Positions 25,118-32,610 of a stretch of DNA of 37,926 bases are shown here, in pieces (position 1 is the first letter of the stretch; each line of letters opens with the position of its first letter). The notes below the pieces were generated by a model. It did not search any database and was not told the DNA's origin. It saw only the letters and a list, made by a program, of their open reading frames with translations. The DNA comes from a virus (taxonomy: Duplodnaviria; Caudoviricetes), in IMG/VR virus record IMGVR_UViG_3300043442_000982, positions 1 to 37,926 of that record; one strand, written 5' to 3'. The translations under genes were made by a program, and so were the position numbers.

Positions 25118-25169
25118 GGCCTCGTCAATCTGGGCCTAACCCAGAGACCGCCCGAAGGCGGTTTCGGCC
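25118..25169 (-). ncRNA. Hammerhead ribozyme type II, C3U core variant (HH-B)
   Basis: Minus strand: GGCC GAAAC CGCC-uucg-GGCG GUC^ UCUGGG-uuagg-CCCAGA UUGACGA GGCC. Predicted cut between 25146 and 25145. Confidence 0.85.
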
Positions 25170-25173
25170 TGTC

Positions 25174-25371
25174 TTACAATTCGGTCACCGCAACCCTGTA
25201 CCCAAAGGCATTGCGCCCGTACTCATCCACGCCATCCGACTCAATGTGTTCGACAAGGTGCTCTACAAACTCCTCCGGCGTCTCCCAGTTCCACTGAAAG
25301 TTGGGATACTTGTCGGCGATATCGGAGTCAACGGATATCGTGAGGCGAAAGGTCTTCGTCGTGCTGGCCAT
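25174..25371 (-). CDS. Small acidic protein (65 aa) flanked by two hammerheads
   Basis: CACACAGGGAG leader; MASTTKTFRL...YPNFQWNWETPEEF. Confidence 0.7.
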   Translation of the reverse strand: MASTTKTFRLTISVDSDIADKYPNFQWNWETPEEFVEHLVEHIESDGVDEYGRNAFGYRVAVTEL

Positions 25372-25408
25372 TGTCTGCTCCCTGTGTGTGGTGTGTGTGA
25401 GACGTGCT

Positions 25409-25460
25409 GGCCTCGTCAGTCACCGCGTTACGGTGAGACGCCCCGGAGGGCGTTTCGGCC
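25409..25460 (-). ncRNA. Hammerhead ribozyme type II (HH-C)
   Basis: Minus strand: GGCC GAAAC GCCC-uccg-GGGC GUC^ UCACCG-uaacg-CGGUGA CUGACGA GGCC. Predicted cut between 25437 and 25436. Confidence 0.92.
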
Positions 25461-25462
25461 TG

Positions 25463-25990
25463 TCAGTCGGTGACGCAGGGCACCACCACCACCTGCGTCC
25501 AGTACTTGGCGTCCTTGGCCTGCTCCTTCCGGGCCAGCGCCTCGCTGTGGTGGAAGCTCGCCCCCTCACGGGGCCGATCGATCACCTCGGCGCGGAGCTT
25601 GTTGGCCCGATCCTGCGAGTTGCTGGCCCAGCGACGGTAGTTCGCGGCCACCTGAGCGTGGGTCTCGTTGTCGCGGGTCGCGTGGTAGAGGATCGAGTCC
25701 CACTTGGTGCGGACCCCAGCCTCATACTCGGCCCACGAGAAGTGACTGCGCGGCTTCGGCTGGCGAAGGCGGTGCGTCGCGTCCGGGGTCGTCCCCGTCT
25801 CGAGGAAGGTGGCGATCTCGTGGTACTGCGCCGCCAGCTTCTCTTCATACTTGGCATCAGCCTCAGACCGCTGGCGCTGGGCCTCGATGCTCTCGGAGCA
25901 GATCACCGCGAAGGTGTACTGGCGCTCCGACTTGCGGGTGAACTTCTTGCCAGTGAGGGGCGAGACAGCGACGAAGGTGGTCTTAGACAT
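25463..25990 (-). CDS. Hypothetical protein (175 aa), first gene of the leftward operon
   Basis: CACACAGGGAG leader; MSKTTFVAVSPLTGKKFTRKSERQYTFAV. Confidence 0.75.
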   Translation of the reverse strand: MSKTTFVAVSPLTGKKFTRKSERQYTFAVICSESIEAQRQRSEADAKYEEKLAAQYHEIATFLETGTTPDATHRLRQPKPRSHFSWAEYEAGVRTKWDSILYHATRDNETHAQVAANYRRWASNSQDRANKLRAEVIDRPREGASFHHSEALARKEQAKDAKYWTQVVVVPCVTD

Positions 25991-26143
25991 CTTGAAGCTC
26001 CCTGTGTGTGAGTGTCGTACAGCGTCGTGCTGTACAGGTGAGACGTTAAGAAACCCCCCGTCGTGCCGCCAGACCTATAACGCAATCTTAATCAACTCTT
26101 AATCTTTCTTTCGGGATCTGTTCGGTATTGGCCCGATCGCTCG

Positions 26144-26176
26144 CTTGCGTCTCGCTCTAGTTCGGTATATGTTCGG
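26144..26176 (+). promoter_or_regulatory. Promoter of the terminase operon (probably leaderless)
   Basis: cTTGCGT-17-TATGTT, 8 nt before the ATG at 26182; no SD. Confidence 0.55.
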
Positions 26177-26181
26177 CCCAT

Positions 26182-26583
26182 ATGACCAAGCCGCGGAAAT
26201 CCACAGGCGGTCAGCCGATCCCGGAAGCGGAGAAGCTCCGCATCTTCACCGCCATCTGCGACGCCGTCGCTCACGGCGTTCTCGTGCGCGATGCCGCGAA
26301 AGAATACGGGATCAACCCGGCGACGATCTGGAAGTGGGCCGCGGAAGACGACGTGCTGGGCAAGCTCTACGCACACGCGAAACATCAAGCGGCCGACGCG
26401 CTCGCCGAGGAAGCGATCCGCATCGCGCTCGAGACGACCAACGAGACCTACTCCGCGGATCGGCTGAAGGTGGACACGCTGAAGTGGGCCGCGGCCAAGC
26501 GCAGGCCGAAGGAGTACGGCGAGCGGCAGGCGATCGAGAACAGCGGCGAGCAGACGCTGAACGTCGTGATCCGCTCGGAGTAA
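26182..26583 (+). CDS. terS: Terminase small subunit
   Basis: HTH (GINPATIWKW), ADALAEE, DRLKVDTLKW...PKEYGER; directly upstream of terL. Confidence 0.85.
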   Translation: MTKPRKSTGGQPIPEAEKLRIFTAICDAVAHGVLVRDAAKEYGINPATIWKWAAEDDVLGKLYAHAKHQAADALAEEAIRIALETTNETYSADRLKVDTLKWAAAKRRPKEYGERQAIENSGEQTLNVVIRSE

Positions 26584-26592
26584 GCCGCGGCG

Positions 26593-28032
26593 GTGTCCAC
26601 GCTCTTCCTGCCTGCGGCACTCCCCCACCAGCGCGAAGTCCTCGATGCGCCCGATCGGTTCAAGGTCTGGCGGGCCGGACGCCGAACGGGCAAGTCTCGA
26701 GCGGCTCTGATCGCCGCCCTGCTGGGCCACGGCAAGGGGAAGCACGTCGGCGCACTCCACGGCGGGAACATCGTCTGGCTCACCCCCGACTACCCGCAGT
26801 CTCGAGCGATCTGGCGCGAAGAGATCAAGCCGCGGCTGGCTGGCCTGCCGGGCGTCGCCCTGCACGAGACCGATCGCCGCGTCGCATTCGCGGGGCTGGG
26901 CTCCCTCGAGCTCCGCTCTGCCGAAAGCATCGACAACCTCCGCGGCCGATCGCTCGATGGCGTCGTGATTGACGAGGCCGCGTATCTCGATCTCGAGTAC
27001 GCGCTGTCTGCTGTCGTGCTCCCTGCCCTGCTCGACAAGGGCGGCTGGCTGATCGTCGTCTCCACGCCCTCCGCAGGCTGGGATGGCAACGCGGCACGAC
27101 AGACGCCCAGCTACTTCAACCGACTCTGCCTGCAGGTGGACGCTGGCCGCGACGGCTGGCGGCACTGGCACCACCCGACCGAGTCCAACCCGAAGCTCAG
27201 CCAGCACGACATCCAGCTTCTCCGCGCCGAGTACCCCGCTGGATCGGCCCACGCTCAGCAGGAGCTCGACGCCAGCCTCACCGCCAGCGGGGCCAGCTTC
27301 TACCCCGAGCTCGCCAGCCTCGAGGACTACGTCGTGCCGCGGGACCATCTGCCGACCTACCTGCCCGACTGGTGGCAGGCGTGGTCCGGCTACGACTGGG
27401 GCTATGCCCACCCCGCGGTCTGGGTGCCTGTCGTAGACGACGGCCGTCACGTCTACGTCTTGGACGCGCTCTACCTGCACCGCGAGCAGGACCACGAGCA
27501 GGCGGCCTCGATCCGCGCCCAGCTCGCCCTGCCCGGCAACGAGGGCCGCGTCCCATCGGCCTGCGCTAAGCGGGTCTATGCGGGGCACGACGCCTTCGCG
27601 ATGCGGCAGGCCCACACGGCCAGCCCCGAGTCCGTAGCCGACATCTTCGACGGCTACGGGCTGGCGCTCTCCAAGGCCAGCATCGACCGCGAGGCGGGGG
27701 CCAAGGTCTTGCGCCGCCTCATCACCAACGACCGCCTGCGGTTCGTGGATACCATCGGCACCCGTCGCCTGCTCCGCGAACTGCAGGGGCTGGTCCCCGA
27801 CCCTAAGCGACCCAACGTGCCGCTCAAGCGGGACGCCGACGAGCGGGGCGAGGGCGGGGACGACGGGGCCGACGCCCTGCGGTACGCGCTGGCCAGCCTG
27901 CCGTACTTGGTCAGCGAGCCTGCCCCGGACCGCGGGATCGGCGAGGAGGGCAAGGACCCCGGCGACTGGACGCTCTACGTCCCCGGCACCGCGGACGATT
28001 ACCGGGACGTGGCAGGTGGGATGGTGCTGTGA
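26593..28032 (+). CDS. terL: Terminase large subunit
   Basis: Walker A AGRRTGKS, Walker B VVIDEAA, coupling motif VSTP, nuclease motifs GYDWG and DDGADALRYA. Confidence 0.93.
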   Translation: MSTLFLPAALPHQREVLDAPDRFKVWRAGRRTGKSRAALIAALLGHGKGKHVGALHGGNIVWLTPDYPQSRAIWREEIKPRLAGLPGVALHETDRRVAFAGLGSLELRSAESIDNLRGRSLDGVVIDEAAYLDLEYALSAVVLPALLDKGGWLIVVSTPSAGWDGNAARQTPSYFNRLCLQVDAGRDGWRHWHHPTESNPKLSQHDIQLLRAEYPAGSAHAQQELDASLTASGASFYPELASLEDYVVPRDHLPTYLPDWWQAWSGYDWGYAHPAVWVPVVDDGRHVYVLDALYLHREQDHEQAASIRAQLALPGNEGRVPSACAKRVYAGHDAFAMRQAHTASPESVADIFDGYGLALSKASIDREAGAKVLRRLITNDRLRFVDTIGTRRLLRELQGLVPDPKRPNVPLKRDADERGEGGDDGADALRYALASLPYLVSEPAPDRGIGEEGKDPGDWTLYVPGTADDYRDVAGGMVL

Positions 28033-28040
28033 GCTCCGCT

Positions 28041-28072
28041 CTTGCGCTTCCCCTGCTTCGGTGTATATTCGG
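28041..28072 (+). promoter_or_regulatory. Putative late promoter for head genes
   Basis: cTTGCGC-16-TATATT; shares TTCGGTRTATRTTCGG with the terS promoter. Confidence 0.5.
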
Positions 28073-28157
28073 GATTGACTTGGAGGGTGTTATGCCATAC
28101 GCAATTGCCGCCGCTCGGCGGAAGAAGCTGTTGCTCCTACTCACAGAGGCCTAACCG

Positions 28158-28619
28158 ATGGCGAACGAGACCGCGGTCTTTTCGACCGAGAAGAAGTACC
28201 AGCAGGCGGCGTGGAACGGGCAGGGCTTGCTCGTGCTTACCAGCGTCCCTTCCGCCGCGGCCAACGGGCTGATCGGCACCAAGCTCGTCGATGCCGGGGC
28301 GCTGACCGTCGCGGGGGACTACATCTGCCTCGTCCCGCTGGCCGGGATGGTGAGCGAGGTCGAGGTGCATCTCAAGGCGACCTTCGCCGCTGGGACCGTG
28401 AGCTCGGCCAACGACACGCTCTACACGATCCGCGACTTCACCGCGCCCTCGACGTGGACCACGAAGACGGGCTTCACCAGCGACGGCTCGCTGACCACCG
28501 CGACCCTGCAGACCTCGACCTGCGCCACGCTCAAGGGCGAGCAGTACGCGCAGGTCAAGATCACGATCGGTGCGACCACCTCGGCGACCTTCACCGTCGC
28601 TGAGTACAACGGGCTCTAA
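28158..28619 (+). CDS. Putative virion structural protein (Thr/Ala-rich, beta-type)
   Basis: GAGG SD; composition and location between terL and portal. Confidence 0.6.
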   Translation: MANETAVFSTEKKYQQAAWNGQGLLVLTSVPSAAANGLIGTKLVDAGALTVAGDYICLVPLAGMVSEVEVHLKATFAAGTVSSANDTLYTIRDFTAPSTWTTKTGFTSDGSLTTATLQTSTCATLKGEQYAQVKITIGATTSATFTVAEYNGL

Positions 28620-28639
28620 GCCCACAACCTCACGGAGCT

Positions 28640-28783
28640 ATGCCGACCTTCGCGATTCCGCAGGACCTGCTCGAGAAGATTCTTGCTTACCTGTCCAGCC
28701 GCCCGTACCACGAGGTCGCTGGTGGCATCGAGGCGCTGAAGGCGCTTCAGCCGATCGAGACGAAGCCGCAGGCGGTGGAGTGA
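28640..28783 (+). CDS. Small phage protein (47 aa, not in ORF track)
   Basis: GGAG SD; MPTFAIPQDLLEKILAYLSSRPYHEVAGGIEALKALQPIETKPQAVE. Confidence 0.65.
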   Translation: MPTFAIPQDLLEKILAYLSSRPYHEVAGGIEALKALQPIETKPQAVE

Positions 28784-29070
28784 CCCATCTCGTCTGGGCT
28801 GGCGTGGTGGTCTTCGCGCTCGTCCGAGGTGAGCGGGTCCTGCGCGATTGGTGGACGCATCGCTATCCGCCAGTGGCGCTGACCGAGCAGGACGTGGTCG
28901 TGCCGGACGACATCGTCGCGCTGGCGATGCGGGAGTCGGAGGAGTGGGCGCAGGAGCAGGTGCTCCAGACGGCGAAGGAGCGGTACGTCAAGGTGCAGGA
29001 TGCGTCAATGCCTGACGCGCAGAAGTGGAACCTCGTGCGCCGTGCGCTCGGCATCGGAGAACTCGGATGA
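28780..29070 (+). CDS. Hypothetical protein
   Basis: GTGA and ATGA overlaps at the two ends. Confidence 0.6.
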   Translation: MTHLVWAGVVVFALVRGERVLRDWWTHRYPPVALTEQDVVVPDDIVALAMRESEEWAQEQVLQTAKERYVKVQDASMPDAQKWNLVRRALGIGELG

Positions 29071-31400
29071 CCATCCCGAACCTGAACCCTGACTACGAGT
29101 CCCTCCTCCGCGAGCTCGCCGCGCAAATGCCGGGCGACGAGGAGACCGAGGTCGAGATGGAGGACGTGGACTACGGCGAGGAGCCCGAGCAGGACGACGT
29201 GCCGGGTGCCGCGGAGCCGTATGTCGCCGCCTCGAGCGGGGTCAGCACGATCGTCATCGACGCCAACGGGCAACGCGCCAACGAGGAGGTCGCGACCAAC
29301 GACCTCGAGACCGCGGCCCGCATCACCCTGCCGCGGGATGCTGAGCTCCGGGCCTTAAGCCGAGCGCTCTATGGCGACGACTTCCCGCTGGCCGAGGACA
29401 ACGACGGCGACGATCCCCAGCAGTGGGTGGACTGGGTCCGCAACCGCTGGGGTGAGCGGCGGATGGCGATCGAGACGCATATGCACTTGGTCGAGCGGAA
29501 CCGCTTGTTCCGCGCAGGCCAGCAGTGGGTGAGCGCGACCGGACTCGGGCCGTGGCGTGAGCCTGTCCGCCCAACCGAGTCGAGCCGGATCGTTTACAAC
29601 TTGATCGACAAGGCGCTCGACCAGCGCCTGCACATCATCACCGAGCAACGCCCCGGCTTCAGCATCAACCCGATGACGCTGGACCCCGACGATCAGCGCA
29701 AGGCCGAAGCGCGGCAGGCGGCGCTCGAGTTTGCGTATGAGTCGCAGGCGATGGGCAAGGTGATCCACGAGGCCTGCTACTGGGCGCAGACCGATGGCAT
29801 CTCTGGCCTGCACGTCTTCTGGGACCCCGATGCGGGGCCGTGGGACGAGGCGATGGGCGAGGCTGGGATGCAGAAGCCGCTCGGCGATCTCCGCACCGAC
29901 GTGGTGCGGGTCGAGCAGTTTCGCGTCTCAGCGAACGCGACCGCCACTAAGCGGCCGTACTACGTCATCCTGCGTGAGGTGATCCCCGCGCAGGAAGCGG
30001 CCCAGCGCTACGGCTCGACGGGTGCGGTGGCCGCGGGCGGTGAATCGACCGTCGCGCTGAGCGATGGCGGCGACTCGCTCGGCGACAACGGCGCTCTGGC
30101 CAACTGGACGATGTCGCTCTCCAATCCCTACGAGGCGGATCGCCTCCGGAACGCGGATGTGGTGGAGCGCTACACGGTCTACGTCGATAAGCACCCCGAG
30201 CTCCTGCCCGAGGGGATGCAGTGCGTGATCGTGGGCAACGCGGTGGTGACGGGGCCGATGCCGCTCCTCTTCGGCACGATCCCATTCGTGCGGGTGAGCG
30301 ATGGCTCGACCGATCCGAGCTACTACCCGCGGCCGATTATGGAGCAGTGGATCGCCCACCAGCAACGCATCAACGCGCTGATGTCCAAGTGGGTGGACTC
30401 CATCCGCGTCAACTCGGGTGGCCGACTGCTTGCCAAGCCGGGCGTGATCCAGAAGGAGACGTTCATCGGCGGCCTGACTTCGATCGTCGAGGTGACAGGC
30501 GCGGGATCGATCGGCGACAGCGTCGTGCCGATGCCCGGCTTCTCGGTTGCCAACGACGTGAAGGAAGCGCTGGCCCTCGAGAAGAAGGCGTTCGAGGATG
30601 CCTCAGGCTACAACGACACCAGCCGCGGACAGTTCTCGAGCTCGGCGTCCGGTCGGGCGATCTTGGCGGCCCGTGAGCAACTCGACCGCGTGATCGCGCC
30701 GTCCGTGCTGGCGATCGCCAACGCGATGACCGACTGGGCCAAGGTGCAACTGGCCGGGATGGCGTGGGGCTATGACGTGCCGCGGGATCTTGGGGCCGTG
30801 GGCAAGAGCCGCCCCGATCTCGCTCGGGCGCTCAAGGCCGACGACTTTGACGGCACCGCGGATGTGAAGGTCGAGCCGGAGACGCTGATGCCGATGCCCA
30901 AGGCGATGCGGCTCTTCCTGCTGGACGAGATGTTTAACAAGCAGATCATCGATCCGATGCAGTACCGCAAGCTGATGCCGTTCGCAATGACCAAGGCGAT
31001 CCAGTCGCCGGATGCGGACCAAGAGGCGCGGGCCAACCGGATCGCGGACGCCATCCTGACGCGGCAGAACGTGCCGCCGATGCGGTGGCAGGATAACGAA
31101 TCGATTCACCAAGACGTGCTCGAGCGCAAGATTCTCTTGCAAGACGACATCGACGAGGATGTGATTCAAGTCGCCGACGCTCGCTGGCGTGAGCTGGCTA
31201 ACCAAGCGGCGACCAAGCAAGGCGGCGGGGCGCAAGCTCCGGCTCCGCAACCTGCAGGACCCCAAGCGATGGGTGGGGAAAGTCCCTTCGCTCCTTCACC
31301 GGGAATGGCCCCGACACAAGCGTTGCTCCCCGGCGTGGCGGTTGAACCCGCTCAGGCCCAAGGCGCGGCAAATATGTTCGAGGCCTTTGCCCCGCAGTAA
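29067..31400 (+). CDS. Portal protein (large, podovirus-type)
   Basis: About 777 aa; FRAGQQW, IVYNLID, IPFVRV, SGRAI, Pro/Gln-rich tail; lies between terL and scaffold. Confidence 0.85.
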   Translation: MTIPNLNPDYESLLRELAAQMPGDEETEVEMEDVDYGEEPEQDDVPGAAEPYVAASSGVSTIVIDANGQRANEEVATNDLETAARITLPRDAELRALSRALYGDDFPLAEDNDGDDPQQWVDWVRNRWGERRMAIETHMHLVERNRLFRAGQQWVSATGLGPWREPVRPTESSRIVYNLIDKALDQRLHIITEQRPGFSINPMTLDPDDQRKAEARQAALEFAYESQAMGKVIHEACYWAQTDGISGLHVFWDPDAGPWDEAMGEAGMQKPLGDLRTDVVRVEQFRVSANATATKRPYYVILREVIPAQEAAQRYGSTGAVAAGGESTVALSDGGDSLGDNGALANWTMSLSNPYEADRLRNADVVERYTVYVDKHPELLPEGMQCVIVGNAVVTGPMPLLFGTIPFVRVSDGSTDPSYYPRPIMEQWIAHQQRINALMSKWVDSIRVNSGGRLLAKPGVIQKETFIGGLTSIVEVTGAGSIGDSVVPMPGFSVANDVKEALALEKKAFEDASGYNDTSRGQFSSSASGRAILAAREQLDRVIAPSVLAIANAMTDWAKVQLAGMAWGYDVPRDLGAVGKSRPDLARALKADDFDGTADVKVEPETLMPMPKAMRLFLLDEMFNKQIIDPMQYRKLMPFAMTKAIQSPDADQEARANRIADAILTRQNVPPMRWQDNESIHQDVLERKILLQDDIDEDVIQVADARWRELANQAATKQGGGAQAPAPQPAGPQAMGGESPFAPSPGMAPTQALLPGVAVEPAQAQGAANMFEAFAPQ

Positions 31401-31424
31401 CGGACCCCTTTTCAGGAGTAGTGA

Positions 31425-32591
31425 ATGACCGCCCCAACGTTCCCCGGAGACGCCGGATCAGCCCCAGCCGAGGCCACGCCTGTCGATACAGGCGCGTACT
31501 TGGATCAGCTCGCGACGGAGGCGGCGCAGGCCGCACTCCCGACCGATGAGGCCTACGAGCAAGCCCGGGACGACAAAGGCCGCTTTACCAAGGTGAGCGA
31601 GGTTGAGACCGCGGAAGGCGAGGAGACGCCCGCACCCAGCGCCGAGGCCGAGGCGCAGGCAGAGGCTCCGAGCGAGACCGACGGCGATGCCGCCACCGAG
31701 ACCCCCGTTGTTCCGGACCTCCCGCTCGCGGATCGCGAGCCGATCGTCCCGCTGACCGTGCAGGTCGCGGGGGCGGAGATCAAGGGGTTGCCGGATATGA
31801 CCATCACCTACACCACGCCGGGTGGCAAGACCCGCACCGACCCGCTGGACAAGGTCGTGCGCCTCGCCGCGGACGGCATCTACTCGGAACAGCGCGAGCA
31901 ACGCTTCCGCTCGATTGAACAGCAGGCGCTTCAGGCCCAGCAAGAGCTCGAGGCCTACAAGCAAGAGCTGGCTCAGCAGAATGCCTACCTCGAGCAACTG
32001 ATGACCGATGAGAATCGGTATCTGAACGAGAAGGACGTGTGGGATCGGATGAACACGCCGGAGATGCGCCTCCAGCGCGAGCGCGAGCAGTTGGAAGCTC
32101 AGCGTCAGCAGATGGAGCTTCAGCGCATTGCCAGCACCGGGGAACAGTACTTCACCCAGACCTTGACGCCTGCGCTCGATATGATCGCCTCGGCCGTGCC
32201 TGCGGTTGAGCCGGAAGAGCTGGTGGCCAAGGTGACCTTGTATGTCAAGCAACTGGAAGGGCGAAAGGGCTACCTGACGCCGGACCAGTACAACTACGTC
32301 AATCAGTTCCTCATCGAAGAGGTCGCGCCGTGGGCGCAGAGCCTGAACGAGTCGCGGCAGGAGAAGTGGGGCAAGCGCTCCACCCCGGCGACTGCTCCGG
32401 CCGCCACGCCTGCGGAGACCAAGGCCGCTTCGGTGCAGACGCAGAAAGCCAAGGCCACGGTGGCCAAGGCGATGAAACCCGTGGGACGTGGGGCCGCTCC
32501 GGCTCCGAAGTCCCGACCCGCTCCCACCAACGTCGATGACATAATGGAAGACGCTGTGCAATCGGCGATCGACGCGGTGCTGGGAGCTTAA
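31425..32591 (+). CDS. Capsid scaffolding protein
   Basis: Acidic N-terminus with RDDKGRFTK, coiled-coil middle; lies between portal and capsid. Confidence 0.75.
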   Translation: MTAPTFPGDAGSAPAEATPVDTGAYLDQLATEAAQAALPTDEAYEQARDDKGRFTKVSEVETAEGEETPAPSAEAEAQAEAPSETDGDAATETPVVPDLPLADREPIVPLTVQVAGAEIKGLPDMTITYTTPGGKTRTDPLDKVVRLAADGIYSEQREQRFRSIEQQALQAQQELEAYKQELAQQNAYLEQLMTDENRYLNEKDVWDRMNTPEMRLQREREQLEAQRQQMELQRIASTGEQYFTQTLTPALDMIASAVPAVEPEELVAKVTLYVKQLEGRKGYLTPDQYNYVNQFLIEEVAPWAQSLNESRQEKWGKRSTPATAPAATPAETKAASVQTQKAKATVAKAMKPVGRGAAPAPKSRPAPTNVDDIMEDAVQSAIDAVLGA

Positions 32592-32610
32592 CCCTTAGGA
32601 ATATCAAGCA

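Noticed and set aside
24678-25436. Both released RNA units have lengths divisible by 3 (291, 468), hinting at rolling-circle translation
   Set aside because: Each ORF has its own in-frame stop, and the chance probability is 1 in 9.
24628-25465. Repeats in the leftward operon as a CRISPR array or simple terminators
   Set aside because: The intervening sequences are whole genes of unequal length, there are no cas genes or U-tracts, and the conserved bases match the hammerhead core.
26092-27615. 507-aa minus-strand ORF and other long antisense ORFs (32311-33915, 31458-32561, 35797-36822, 22784-23806)
   Set aside because: These are shadow ORFs opposite well-supported genes, expected in high-GC DNA, and show no motifs.
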